A DNA stretch of 64,000 nt from Verrucomicrobiia bacterium (GTDB taxonomy: Bacteria; Verrucomicrobiota; Verrucomicrobiia; Palsa-1439), in contig JBEKBH010000007.1 of the NCBI GenBank assembly GCA_050015495.1, positions 43,061 through 107,060 on the forward strand, written 5' to 3'. A model generated the notes under the pieces. It was not told where the DNA came from. It was given only the letters and a program-made list of their open reading frames with translations, and searched no databases. The position numbers and the translations under genes are program-made. Below are positions 45,513-55,121 of this stretch, piece after piece; position 1 is the stretch's first letter; every line of letters starts with the position of its first letter.

Positions 45513-47513
45513 ATGGCGGATTTGCATTCAGTGCCGTTTTCCGATCTCGTCAAACGCATGTTCCTCGAACCGGAACGGCAGGAGACCATCTTCGATCTGC
45601 CATTGAAGAAGTGTTACCGGCCCGATCCGACCCTGGACACGAGCGTCAAGTTTCACGGGAGAGTCGCGGCCACACCCGTTGGTCCCGCCGCCGGTCCACA
45701 AACGCAGATGGCGCAAAACATCGTCCTCAGTTGGCTCGGCGGGTCGCGCATCCTCGAATTGAAAACCGTCCAGATCGACGACCACTTGGTCATCAATCGC
45801 CCGTGCATCGACATGACCAATGTGGGCTACAACATTGAATTCTCGCAGGAACTGCGGTTGCACGAGTCCATCCACGAGTACGTGGCCGGGATGATGCTCG
45901 TCGAAATGCTCAAGGCCAGCAACCTCCTGGAGTTCGCTCCGAGCCGGTTCGACAAGACGTCGACGATCTACGATTTCAGCCTCGGGTACGATCTGGCCGG
46001 GATTTCCAGCAAATCTATCCGCGCGTTCATCGCCAGTCTGCGCAATGCCAAAAAGCATATCGACAAGTTGCGCATGGAAATCCCCGACCGCTGGAAACAG
46101 TACCGGGACCTGCCCTACCCCGACGAGATTTCCCGGACCGTCACACTTTCGACGTTCCACAACTGCCCGCCGACCGAAATCGAAAAGATCTGTAATTTTC
46201 TACTGACCGAGATCGGGATGGATGTGGTGGTGAAGATGAATCCCACGATGCTCGGCCTCGATGAATTGAATCACCTGTTGCACGAGCGGCTCGGGTTCCA
46301 AGACATTCAGGTCAACAAGAAGGCCATCGACGCCGGCCTGAAATTTGATGAAGGCATGGAGATGATGCGCCGGTTGCAAGAGACGGGACGGAAACTTGGT
46401 CTGGGTGTCGGCGTGAAGTTCAGCAATACGCTCGAAGTCGTTAATCACAAGACGTTCTTCCCCAAAGACCAGATCATGTATCTCAGCGGCGCGCCGCTGC
46501 ACGTGATCACCCTGCGGCTCGTCGAGCGCTGGCGGCAAAAGTTCGGCCCCGATTGCCCGATTAGCTTTTCGGCGGGCGTGGACAAACATAATTTCGCCAA
46601 TTGCGTAGCCTGTGGATTTGTTCCCATCACCACATGCTCTGACCTCTTGAAAGTCGGGGGGTACGGCCGGCTCTTCGAGTATCTGAAGAACCTTGAACAG
46701 GAGATGAAGACGCTCGGGGTCGCCAACATCGGCGAGTTCATCCTGAAACGCGAAGGGAATGAGCAGGCCGCGTTGGAACACGCGAAGGGTCATCGCGACG
46801 TCGCCATCAGCCACGCCGGCCTTCTCAACACCGGCTCGATCTGGAGCCGCACCGTGACGGATCAGCGCTACACCTTCGACAAGAACCGGGCGGTCCCCAG
46901 GCGGATCGACTCGCACTTGTGGTTGTACGACTGCATCAGTTGCGATAAGTGCATTCCCGTCTGCCCGAACGACGCGAATTTCTATTACGAAGTCGAGCCG
47001 ACCACCATCGAGTTCACCAATTACACCTGGACTACGGGCGGCCTGAAGCCCGACGACAGCGGCACGTTGAAGATCGAGCAGAAACACCAGATTGCCAATT
47101 TCGCCGATTGGTGCAACGAGTGCGGCAACTGCGATACGTTCTGCCCCGAGTATGGCGGGCCGTTCATTCAGAAGCCGAACTTCTTCATCGACCGCGTCAC
47201 GTGGCTCGACAACGCCAAGCGCGACGGATTCTACATCACGAAGACCAACGGACTCTCCCAGATTGTGGGTCGGATCGAGGGCAAGGTCTACTCGCTGGTT
47301 GTCGATGAGCACCATGGCCGGGCCGTCTACAACGACGGGGCATTGGAGGTGAGTTTTGACACGGGCACGCACAAAATTGTGAACGTGAAGCCGCTGGCGA
47401 CCGACGTTCCCACTCACCGGATCGACCTCAAAAACTACCATACCCTGCGCATTTTGCTGGCCGGCATGCTGAATCCGAGCCGCATTCATCCTGTAAACGC
47501 CGCGCATTTATGA
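45513..47513 (+). CDS. Short YgfK-like Fe-S oxidoreductase subunit (N-terminal barrel + 2x[4Fe-4S], no GltD-like FAD/NAD(P) module)
   Basis: GPAAGPQTQMAQNI, ELKTVQ, PCID, GVKFSNT; CISCDKCIPVCPN and CNECGNCDTFCP; no GxGxxG module visible. Confidence 0.78.
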   Translation: MADLHSVPFSDLVKRMFLEPERQETIFDLPLKKCYRPDPTLDTSVKFHGRVAATPVGPAAGPQTQMAQNIVLSWLGGSRILELKTVQIDDHLVINRPCIDMTNVGYNIEFSQELRLHESIHEYVAGMMLVEMLKASNLLEFAPSRFDKTSTIYDFSLGYDLAGISSKSIRAFIASLRNAKKHIDKLRMEIPDRWKQYRDLPYPDEISRTVTLSTFHNCPPTEIEKICNFLLTEIGMDVVVKMNPTMLGLDELNHLLHERLGFQDIQVNKKAIDAGLKFDEGMEMMRRLQETGRKLGLGVGVKFSNTLEVVNHKTFFPKDQIMYLSGAPLHVITLRLVERWRQKFGPDCPISFSAGVDKHNFANCVACGFVPITTCSDLLKVGGYGRLFEYLKNLEQEMKTLGVANIGEFILKREGNEQAALEHAKGHRDVAISHAGLLNTGSIWSRTVTDQRYTFDKNRAVPRRIDSHLWLYDCISCDKCIPVCPNDANFYYEVEPTTIEFTNYTWTTGGLKPDDSGTLKIEQKHQIANFADWCNECGNCDTFCPEYGGPFIQKPNFFIDRVTWLDNAKRDGFYITKTNGLSQIVGRIEGKVYSLVVDEHHGRAVYNDGALEVSFDTGTHKIVNVKPLATDVPTHRIDLKNYHTLRILLAGMLNPSRIHPVNAAHL

Positions 47514-47571
47514 ACAACGGCTGGATTTCAAGCATGGGACTTGCTATTTCTTACGGGGTCACGCGCGAACT

Positions 47572-48852
47572 ATGAAAAAGATTGAGGGTACTGTTGCGGT
47601 TGTCGGCCTCGGCTATGTCGGCCTGCCGTTGGCCGTGTCGCTCGCTCGCCACATTCCCGTGGTCGGGTTCGACATCAACACGCGCCGCGTCGAGGAACTT
47701 CAACGGGGAATCGATCGCACGGGCGAGACCCTCGGAGGCGACCTCAAGTCGCCGAATATCCGGTTCACGACGGACGCGAAACAACTGCGCGGGTGCAAGT
47801 ACATCGTCGTCGCCGTTCCGACGCCTGTGGACCGCGCGAACGTCCCTGACCTCGAACCGGTCATCAGCGCCACGCGCATCGTGGGTGAAAACCTGGGCAA
47901 AGGTTCCATCGTCATTTTTGAAAGCACGGTCTACCCGGGCGTCACCGAGGAAGTCTGCCTGCCCATTCTCGAAGAAAAGTCCGGGCTCAAGCTCGGCGAT
48001 TTCAAAATCGGCTACTCGCCGGAGCGGATCAACCCCGGCGATCACGAGCACACTGTCGACAAGGTCGTGAAGATCGTCAGCGGCTGCGACGCCGAGACAT
48101 TGGAAGAAGTCAGCGCGCTGTATTCGCTCGTCGCCAAGAGCGTGTTTCACGCGTCCAGCATCGCCACCGCCGAGGCCGCCAAGGTCATCGAAAACATCCA
48201 GCGCGACCTGAACATCGCGCTCATGAACGAGCTGTCCCTGATCTTCTCGCGTCTTGGCCTCAACACCGACGAGGTCCTCGCCGCGGCGGGCACGAAGTGG
48301 AACTTCCACAAGTATCATCCCGGCCTCGTGGGCGGGCATTGTATCGGCGTCGACCCGTACTACCTCACCTATCGCGCCCAGCAATTCGGTTATCACCCAC
48401 AGGTCATCCTGGCGGGGCGGCAGATTAACGATTCCATGCCGATTCACGTTGGCGAGATGGTCATCAAGGGCATCAGCCACGTCGGCAAACCGATCAAGGG
48501 CGCGACGGTGGTGATCCTCGGGCTGACATTCAAGGAGAACGTGCCCGACATTCGCAACAGCAAGGTCCACGACACGATCACGTACCTTCAGGGGTTCGGC
48601 ATCAAAGTGCTCGGTTGCGACCCGTTGCTGTCGGCCGACATCGTCCGCAAGTATTTCGGTATCGAAAACGTCGAGTTCGACAAGGTGCCGAAATGCGACT
48701 GCGTCCTCGTCGCGAACAAGCACAGCGCCTTTCGCTCGCTCACGATCGATCAACTCAAGGCCAGGATGTCACCGCCCGTCCTGATCGACATCAAGAACCT
48801 CTTTGACCGCAAAGCCGCCGAGAGCGCCGGGTTCTATTACCGGAGTTTGTAA
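47572..48852 (+). CDS. Nucleotide-sugar dehydrogenase (UDP-GlcNAc/GalNAc, WbpO/TviB-like)
   Basis: VVGLGYVG, ESTVYPG, YSPERINPG, PGLVGGHCIGVDP. Confidence 0.92.
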   Translation: MKKIEGTVAVVGLGYVGLPLAVSLARHIPVVGFDINTRRVEELQRGIDRTGETLGGDLKSPNIRFTTDAKQLRGCKYIVVAVPTPVDRANVPDLEPVISATRIVGENLGKGSIVIFESTVYPGVTEEVCLPILEEKSGLKLGDFKIGYSPERINPGDHEHTVDKVVKIVSGCDAETLEEVSALYSLVAKSVFHASSIATAEAAKVIENIQRDLNIALMNELSLIFSRLGLNTDEVLAAAGTKWNFHKYHPGLVGGHCIGVDPYYLTYRAQQFGYHPQVILAGRQINDSMPIHVGEMVIKGISHVGKPIKGATVVILGLTFKENVPDIRNSKVHDTITYLQGFGIKVLGCDPLLSADIVRKYFGIENVEFDKVPKCDCVLVANKHSAFRSLTIDQLKARMSPPVLIDIKNLFDRKAAESAGFYYRSL

Positions 48853-48897
48853 GGCGCTGGTCGCAACCCCGTCTGTCTTCTGCTAAAATCGCCTCGT

Positions 48898-49671
48898 ATG
48901 GGCGAATTGGCGACCAATCCTACCCGACGCTTTTCCAGTCGCGTCGAGAATTACATCAAGTACCGCCCGGGCTATCCGTCGGCGGTGATTGACACGCTGG
49001 CGAGCGAATGCGGGCTGATGAAGAAATCCGTCATCGCCGACGTCGGATCGGGGACGGGTATCCTGAGCGAGTTGTTCCTGAAACACGGGAATCCCGTGTT
49101 CGGGGTCGAGCCGAATCGCGAGATGCGCGAGGCGGGCGAACGATTGCTGAAACAATATCCCAACTTCACGAGTGTCAACGGCGCCGCGGAGGCGACGACG
49201 CTGGCGGATCGTTCGGTGGACTTTATCACGGCGGGCCAGGCGTTCCATTGGTTCGACCGCGGACCGACACGCAACGAGTTCGCGCGCATTTTACGGACGG
49301 ACGGCTGGGTCGTGCTGATCTGGAACGACCGACAAACCGACGCGTCCCCGTTCCTGCGCGAGTACGAGGAATTGCTCCAGAAGTACGGTACGGACTACAA
49401 ACAGGTGAACCACCGAAACATCGACATCGAGGCGATCACTGCGTTCTTCGCTCCGCAGTCATTCACACGGCGGGAATTCGAGAGTCAGCAGGTCTTTGAC
49501 CTGGAAGGACTGACGGGCCGTCTGCTGTCCTCGTCCTATGCGCCCGAGCCGGGCCACCCGAACCATCCGCCCATGATCGATGCCGTGCGCGCCATTTTCG
49601 ACAAACATCAGATCGACGGTCGGGTGGAATTCACGTATACGACGATGATGTACTTCGGACATCTTCGCTAA
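48898..49671 (+). CDS. Class I SAM-dependent methyltransferase
   Basis: YIKYRPGYP, ADVGSGTG, AGQAFHWF. Confidence 0.9.
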   Translation: MGELATNPTRRFSSRVENYIKYRPGYPSAVIDTLASECGLMKKSVIADVGSGTGILSELFLKHGNPVFGVEPNREMREAGERLLKQYPNFTSVNGAAEATTLADRSVDFITAGQAFHWFDRGPTRNEFARILRTDGWVVLIWNDRQTDASPFLREYEELLQKYGTDYKQVNHRNIDIEAITAFFAPQSFTRREFESQQVFDLEGLTGRLLSSSYAPEPGHPNHPPMIDAVRAIFDKHQIDGRVEFTYTTMMYFGHLR

Positions 49672-49683
49672 CGCGAGCTACTC

Positions 49684-50373
49684 CTACATCTTGTAGCGCG
49701 ATGGACGGTGGGCAATCTTGTCGGGCGCCTTCGGCAGCGGCACGCCATCGCGCACGATGGTTTCGAGCACGGTGATGCGTTCCTCCGCCAACTTGGCCTG
49801 TTTCGTGCCGGGAACTTTCTCGCGCAATTGTCTCATCACGTCCAGCGCTCGCGCCGGGTCCTGCAGGGTAAGCTGGTAGAAATCGGCCAATCGCCCCGCC
49901 GCAAGCGCCGTGGAATCTTCTCCCCGGCCCTTCCCGAGCGCCGAGAGCAATTCGAGTTCGGCGAGTTTCACGTCGTTCAGGTGTTTGACCGCCAGCTCCG
50001 CGATGCGCAAGTGCGGATAAATATCGTCGGGATGTTTAGTGATCACCTTGCGATATTCGTCGATGGCCTCTTGATACCTACCCTTCTTGGCTTGCGCCTC
50101 GGCCGTGCTGTATTCGGGCACGATTTGAAAATTTGCGTCGCTCGGCATGAAAAGGGAATTTCCAATTCTCTCGCCGAAGCTCCCGATAAGCGGCCAGCCA
50201 AACAGACCAAACAGGATAAGGGCGTAGAATATCACGACTGCCATCTGAAAGAACCTGTCCAACGCGGAAAACCCTTGGCCACCGCCCGGGAAAGCGAATC
50301 TCAATAGAAAAAAGCCCAGGATAAGCGCGATCGCTATCCGAATCGCCACACTGACCCATCGTTTGAGTTCCAT
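49684..50373 (-). CDS. Membrane-anchored TPR protein
   Basis: Two N-terminal TMs, AEAQAKKGRYQEAIDEY TPR-like helices. Confidence 0.7.
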   Translation of the reverse strand: MELKRWVSVAIRIAIALILGFFLLRFAFPGGGQGFSALDRFFQMAVVIFYALILFGLFGWPLIGSFGERIGNSLFMPSDANFQIVPEYSTAEAQAKKGRYQEAIDEYRKVITKHPDDIYPHLRIAELAVKHLNDVKLAELELLSALGKGRGEDSTALAAGRLADFYQLTLQDPARALDVMRQLREKVPGTKQAKLAEERITVLETIVRDGVPLPKAPDKIAHRPSRYKM

Positions 50374-50386
50374 CGGTGGTCTCCTC

Positions 50387-51181
50387 TCAAGGTAGTTGAA
50401 ACAATTGGCGGGCGTTCTCCGTCGTCGTGCGCGCCACTTCTTCGACGGTCACGCCTTTCACTTCCGCCAGCACCTGGGCGATGAGCGGCACGTAGGCCGG
50501 CTCGTTACGTTTCCCGCGATGCGGCACGGGCGCGAGGTACGGCGCATCGGTCTCCAACATCACACAGTCGAGAGACACTTTCTTGGCCACCTCGCGCAGC
50601 GGAGCGGCGTTCTTGAAGGTCAGGATGCCCGTGTAACTGATTAGCAGCCCGATCTCGATACAATCGAACGCGAATTTCTCGCTGCCGGAAAAGCAATGCA
50701 TCACGCCCCACGGATGACGGTCCTTGGGCAAGCCTTCGGCGTGCGCCCGGAGGATTTCGAGAATGTCCTGCTCGGCGGAACGATTGTGAATGACCACGGG
50801 CAAGTGCCGCTGTTTCGCCAACGCAAGCTGCGCCCAGAAGAGGTCGGCCTGCTGCTGACGCAACGCCATGTCGGTCTGCGCCTCCCGAAAATAATCCAAG
50901 CCCGTCTCACCGATGGCCACGACCTTGGGCTCGACCGCCAGCAGGGACAGTTCTTTCATGTCGCAAAGGGTGACTTTCGGCACCTCGCCGGGATGCAGGC
51001 CGACGGCGGCGTGAACCCCGTCGAATTGGCGGGCGATATCCAGGGTCTTCCGCGCCGACTCCAGATCCGTCGCGATGCTGACGATCTGGGTGACCCGGGC
51101 GGCCTGCGCGCGCTCGACCACCTGCGGGAGTTCCTCACCGAAGTCGGGATAACACAGATGCGCGTGCGTATCGATGAACAT
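50387..51181 (-). CDS. tatD: TatD-family nuclease/hydrolase
   Basis: DTHAHL, AIGETGLDY, IHNR, MHCF, ETDAPYLAP. Confidence 0.95.
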   Translation of the reverse strand: MFIDTHAHLCYPDFGEELPQVVERAQAARVTQIVSIATDLESARKTLDIARQFDGVHAAVGLHPGEVPKVTLCDMKELSLLAVEPKVVAIGETGLDYFREAQTDMALRQQQADLFWAQLALAKQRHLPVVIHNRSAEQDILEILRAHAEGLPKDRHPWGVMHCFSGSEKFAFDCIEIGLLISYTGILTFKNAAPLREVAKKVSLDCVMLETDAPYLAPVPHRGKRNEPAYVPLIAQVLAEVKGVTVEEVARTTTENARQLFQLP

Positions 51182-51269
51182 GATGCTCGAAACGGCTCCG
51201 CTGCTTGTTTATCACTCGCGCGACAGCGAGTCCAACGCGAATTGCACGGGGAATCGGCATCGTGGTCGG

Positions 51270-51833
51270 CTAGAACTGCACTTTCGGCGCTTCGCGTTCG
51301 GCGCCGGGCGGCACACCGAAGAATTCACGGGACTGGAACTTGAACAAGGTCGCCACGGTATTGGCGGGGAACACTTGCAAGGCGTTGTTGAGGGCGAGCA
51401 CGGCGTCGTTGTATTGCGAGCGGCACTGGGCGATGTAGTCCTCGGTGGTGGCCAACTCGGTCTGAAGCGACAGGAAGCCCTGATTAGCCTTGAGTTCGGG
51501 GTAGGCCTCGGCAATGGCGAATACGGACTTGATCGCGCCGGTGAGCGCGTTTTCGGCTTGCATCCGGGCTTGCGGTCCCACCGCATTCATGGCGGCATTG
51601 CGCGCCTTCACAGTATTTTCGAACGTTTGTCGCTCGTGGGTCGCGTAGCCTTTTACGGTCTCGACGAGGTTGGGAATCAAATCGCTGCGGCGTTTCAGTT
51701 GGGTGTCGGTCTGAGCCCAGGCGTTATCGACCAGATTGCGGGTCGAGACCAGGCCGTTGTAGACGCTCACCACCCACAAGGGCACGCCGAGCAGGATTAC
51801 CGCCAGAATTAGCAATGGTAGTATCACATTCAC
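51270..51833 (-). CDS. lemA: LemA-family protein
   Basis: YNGLV..QLKRRSDLIPNLVETVKGYA, EAYPELKAN, YNDAV; start estimated. Confidence 0.93.
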   Translation of the reverse strand: MNVILPLLILAVILLGVPLWVVSVYNGLVSTRNLVDNAWAQTDTQLKRRSDLIPNLVETVKGYATHERQTFENTVKARNAAMNAVGPQARMQAENALTGAIKSVFAIAEAYPELKANQGFLSLQTELATTEDYIAQCRSQYNDAVLALNNALQVFPANTVATLFKFQSREFFGVPPGAEREAPKVQF

Positions 51834-51881
51834 AGGAGCTTGCCCGTCGACGCGACCTGATAACAAAGGCGCAGGGGCTTG

Positions 51882-53585
51882 TCACTTCTTTTCCGGTTGG
51901 CCAGTTTCCTTGGGCGGCGGGGCTGTCAACTCATCAATCCTGGACTGGAAGGACTTCACTTTCGCATCGTCACCAAGCGCACCCGCCAGGTCGCGAGCGT
52001 GGGTGCAGAACGCCACCACGTTGTGGTTCGACGGATAGGATGAGACGAGGTTTTCGTACACGGCCAATGCGTGGAGGATCTGACGGTTTGCTTCATAGGC
52101 GGCAGCCACCTTGGTGGCCACTCGAATGTGATGGTAGGGGTTACCCATTTTCTCGTCGGCTTGGGAGTACGCTTCGACGGCGCCCGTTTCCTGGTGCGCG
52201 GCGTGCAGCAGGTCGCCCAGTTTTTCAAAGAGAACCTCGCTGTGCAATGTCTTCGCTTTGGACCGGCAAAGGTCCTCGGCCATTGAGGATTGGCTCTGGG
52301 TCATCAGCAGGTTCACCTTGCGCAGGTACGCCCATTCGATGTCCGGCTGGTGGTCGGCCTCGAGACGCTGGATCTGCTCGTCCAATGACGCGGCAAAGGG
52401 ACGATAGAGCGGATCGCCGACGAACGTCGTCTGCCAACTCAGCGCAGGCTCGCTGTAATAGCCGGCTTCCAAGAACGTCGCGCCGTCCAGCAATCGCTGA
52501 AAGAACATATCGATGTGCGGTGTGAGTCCAAGATACGGCTCGAAGACGTTGCCCATGGTAGCCGCCGCGCCCTTGGCCAGCAATGGCCCGACCCAATATG
52601 CCGTCCGCGTCCGCACGCTCGCGCCGCTGGACGAGTGGAGGTGGTACGCGAGTGCCCCGGTGCGGAAATGAAAATCCGGGCGGACAAATGGACCGCAAAC
52701 GTTGGGCGCGTACCAGCCCGCGTAAATGGCGACGTCGGTCATGGGATAATCCTGATCGAATGTCTCGGGTCGATCGTCATAATCACATTCGTACCCCGCA
52801 TCGCGACAGGCGCGATACGCCCCACGAATCCAATCGTCCCCTTCCACGTACACACTGTCATGCGTGCCCCTCCAATCGAAGTAGGCGCGACCGTGCACGC
52901 CGTATCGCTCGGCGGTCAACGCGTCATCGATCATCCGACGCACGGTTTGCGGATCGGGGCCATCCAAGCGACCGACCAGCAACATCGTCCTGTTGAGAGG
53001 CGCTTCGAAGCGCGTCGAGGCGCTTCCGAAGAATGGGTTCTTCAAGAACCCGGTAATGGGCGCGCCGGGGTTCGGCAACGTCGCCAGTTCGCTTTCGACG
53101 GAGGCGTCGTTGCGACGAAATCCCTCGGGTGCATTCTCGGGCACGCTCTCCGCCACGTTCGGATCGTTCTCGATCCGCAGCGGCACGCCGTACATCAGCA
53201 CGATACAGGACACTTTTGTGCTGACTGTTCCCAAACCCGGAATTTTTCCAAGGACTGAATCGAAAATCGTCTTGGGTTCCTGGTGGATCAACCCTCCGCG
53301 AACCAGGAACTCCCCGATCGGGTCGCGGATCTTCTGGTTGTATTCGGCGCGTGTGATTGTTTCGGACGCGCGGACGTCGATTTCACAGATTTGGCTGCTG
53401 GGCACACCCCGTCTCAGCGCGTAATAATCGGCCAGCGGCCGGCTGTCGGGGTCTTCCACGTTGTAGACGATCACCACGGCCTTCGCCGCGTCGTCGTTGG
53501 CCCGCACAGCGCGAACGGCCGCCAGAAGCGCCGCCGCTACCAGGAATCCGATTCTCGCTTCACGCCAGGAGGCGCACATCGCCAT
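51882..53585 (-). CDS. TIGR03790-like exported protein with TPR tail
   Basis: LADYYALRRG, LMYGVPLRI, ASVESEL, LVGRLDGP, YAGWY, ALAYHLHS, MGNVFEPYL, GDPLYRPF. Confidence 0.82.
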   Translation of the reverse strand: MAMCASWREARIGFLVAAALLAAVRAVRANDDAAKAVVIVYNVEDPDSRPLADYYALRRGVPSSQICEIDVRASETITRAEYNQKIRDPIGEFLVRGGLIHQEPKTIFDSVLGKIPGLGTVSTKVSCIVLMYGVPLRIENDPNVAESVPENAPEGFRRNDASVESELATLPNPGAPITGFLKNPFFGSASTRFEAPLNRTMLLVGRLDGPDPQTVRRMIDDALTAERYGVHGRAYFDWRGTHDSVYVEGDDWIRGAYRACRDAGYECDYDDRPETFDQDYPMTDVAIYAGWYAPNVCGPFVRPDFHFRTGALAYHLHSSSGASVRTRTAYWVGPLLAKGAAATMGNVFEPYLGLTPHIDMFFQRLLDGATFLEAGYYSEPALSWQTTFVGDPLYRPFAASLDEQIQRLEADHQPDIEWAYLRKVNLLMTQSQSSMAEDLCRSKAKTLHSEVLFEKLGDLLHAAHQETGAVEAYSQADEKMGNPYHHIRVATKVAAAYEANRQILHALAVYENLVSSYPSNHNVVAFCTHARDLAGALGDDAKVKSFQSRIDELTAPPPKETGQPEKK

Positions 53586-54354
53586 GGATCACCTCAACCT
53601 GCATTCCGTCGTGCGCCACGCGCACATGCGGCGGCAACCTGTTTTCGACGGCTTCGTGCTCCGCCTCGTGGCACAGATGCGTCAAGAGCGTCAATTTCGC
53701 GCCCACTTGTTCCGCCACGCCACGCGCCTCGTCAATCGTCAGGTGTGTCGGGTGTTCACGATCCCGCAGCGCATCCAGCACAAGGACCGGGACACCGCGA
53801 ACCGCCTCCACAACATCCGTCGGCACCGTCTTGCAATCGGTGATATAGGCCACATCCCGCGCCAACAGAAACCCAAACACGGTCATCCGGCCATGCGCCA
53901 CCGGCAGGGCGCGAATTGGCGTCGGCGGAACTTCAAACGACTGATAGGCCTGCACGGTGTGGAGTTCAAAACTCGGCACGCCCGGCCATTCCGGTCTGTC
54001 CACACAAGCGTAGGGAAACATACGCCGAATGGTTTCGACCGAATGCGACGAACCGTAAATCGGCATCTTCCCGCCGGTGCGCTGGCAGAACACGCGCAAA
54101 TCGTCCAGCCCGAGCATGTGGTCGGCGTGGGTGTGCGTCATGAGCACGGCGTCCACGCGCCGGATGTTGGCCCGGAGCGCCTGGGTGCGGAAATCCGGGG
54201 TGGCATCGATCAGGAGGCGCTGGTCGCCATTCTCGACGTAAACCGAAGGCCGCAGCCGTTTGTTGCGCGGATTCTCCGAGCGGCACACCGGGCAGTCGCA
54301 CCCGATCATCGGGATTCCGTGACTGGTGCCGGTGCCCAAAAACGTGACGCGCAT
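53560..54354 (-). CDS. MBL-fold metallo-hydrolase (PhnP-like)
   Basis: GTGTSHGIP.IGCDC.VC, THTHADH, YITDC, THLCH. Confidence 0.9.
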   Translation of the reverse strand: MRVTFLGTGTSHGIPMIGCDCPVCRSENPRNKRLRPSVYVENGDQRLLIDATPDFRTQALRANIRRVDAVLMTHTHADHMLGLDDLRVFCQRTGGKMPIYGSSHSVETIRRMFPYACVDRPEWPGVPSFELHTVQAYQSFEVPPTPIRALPVAHGRMTVFGFLLARDVAYITDCKTVPTDVVEAVRGVPVLVLDALRDREHPTHLTIDEARGVAEQVGAKLTLLTHLCHEAEHEAVENRLPPHVRVAHDGMQVEVIHGDVRLLA

Positions 54355-54398
54355 GCGTCCATCATCGGTGAGCCGCGCGGTGCGGTCAAGTCCGCCAC

Positions 54399-55022
54399 TT
54401 AGTGAATCGAGAAATTTCGCACGTGCCAGCGGTTCGTCGGCTGCCAGCCCAACAGATAGATGTAAAACGCGTTGTAGGGGACAACGGCGCCACCGGAACC
54501 ATAGGCCTGCCCGTCGACCGCGATGTCCAAGCCGTCTCTTGTCACCTCATACCTCATGTGATGCCAACTGCCGGGCTTGATGGACAGTGGAGAGCGCGAC
54601 CAACTCTTGTACTTTTGGGTCGGCCAGCGCTGGAATCGTTCCTGCACGGAAATAGCGTCTCCCTGCTGGTCGTAGAGGAGCGATACCTGCACGTGATGCT
54701 CCGGCTCACGGTCAACGGCCTGCGTTGCGGGAACAAACTCGCACGTCAACGCCCCGTTGTCGGCAACGCGGTCTTCCAGCATCGCGTCGAACTCAACTGT
54801 AATTGGGGCCGAATAGGAATGCTGCGTCCGGATGTTCTGCCCGCGCAAGACCAAATCCTCACCCTGGATAACAGGCGCTTGACGCGGCGCGCCGGACCAA
54901 TCATCGTCTTTCATGGTCACAACATCCCAGGCCAACTGGCCCGGCGGCAATTGCGTGGCACAGCCACCTCCCAATAATGCGGGGACGGCTAGTACCAGTA
55001 AAATCTCAAGGATTCGCCGCAT
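54399..55022 (-). CDS. Hypothetical lipoprotein, beta-sandwich (lectin-like?)
   Basis: Lipobox GGGC; beta-rich, PGSWHHMRYEV. Confidence 0.65.
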   Translation of the reverse strand: MRRILEILLVLAVPALLGGGCATQLPPGQLAWDVVTMKDDDWSGAPRQAPVIQGEDLVLRGQNIRTQHSYSAPITVEFDAMLEDRVADNGALTCEFVPATQAVDREPEHHVQVSLLYDQQGDAISVQERFQRWPTQKYKSWSRSPLSIKPGSWHHMRYEVTRDGLDIAVDGQAYGSGGAVVPYNAFYIYLLGWQPTNRWHVRNFSIH

Positions 55023-55121
55023 GGATGGAGATTACTTCAACCACCTTTGCCGTGCAATCTCGATGAAAAGAAACCGGGGCGCAGGTTCGCTGCGCCCCGG
55101 CACAAACAACGATGAGAAGCC

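Noticed and set aside
45513-47513. Selenocysteine recoding or a frameshift explaining the short YgfK
   Set aside because: The ORF is continuous from the N-terminal barrel to the C-terminal Fe-S motifs, with no in-frame TGA.
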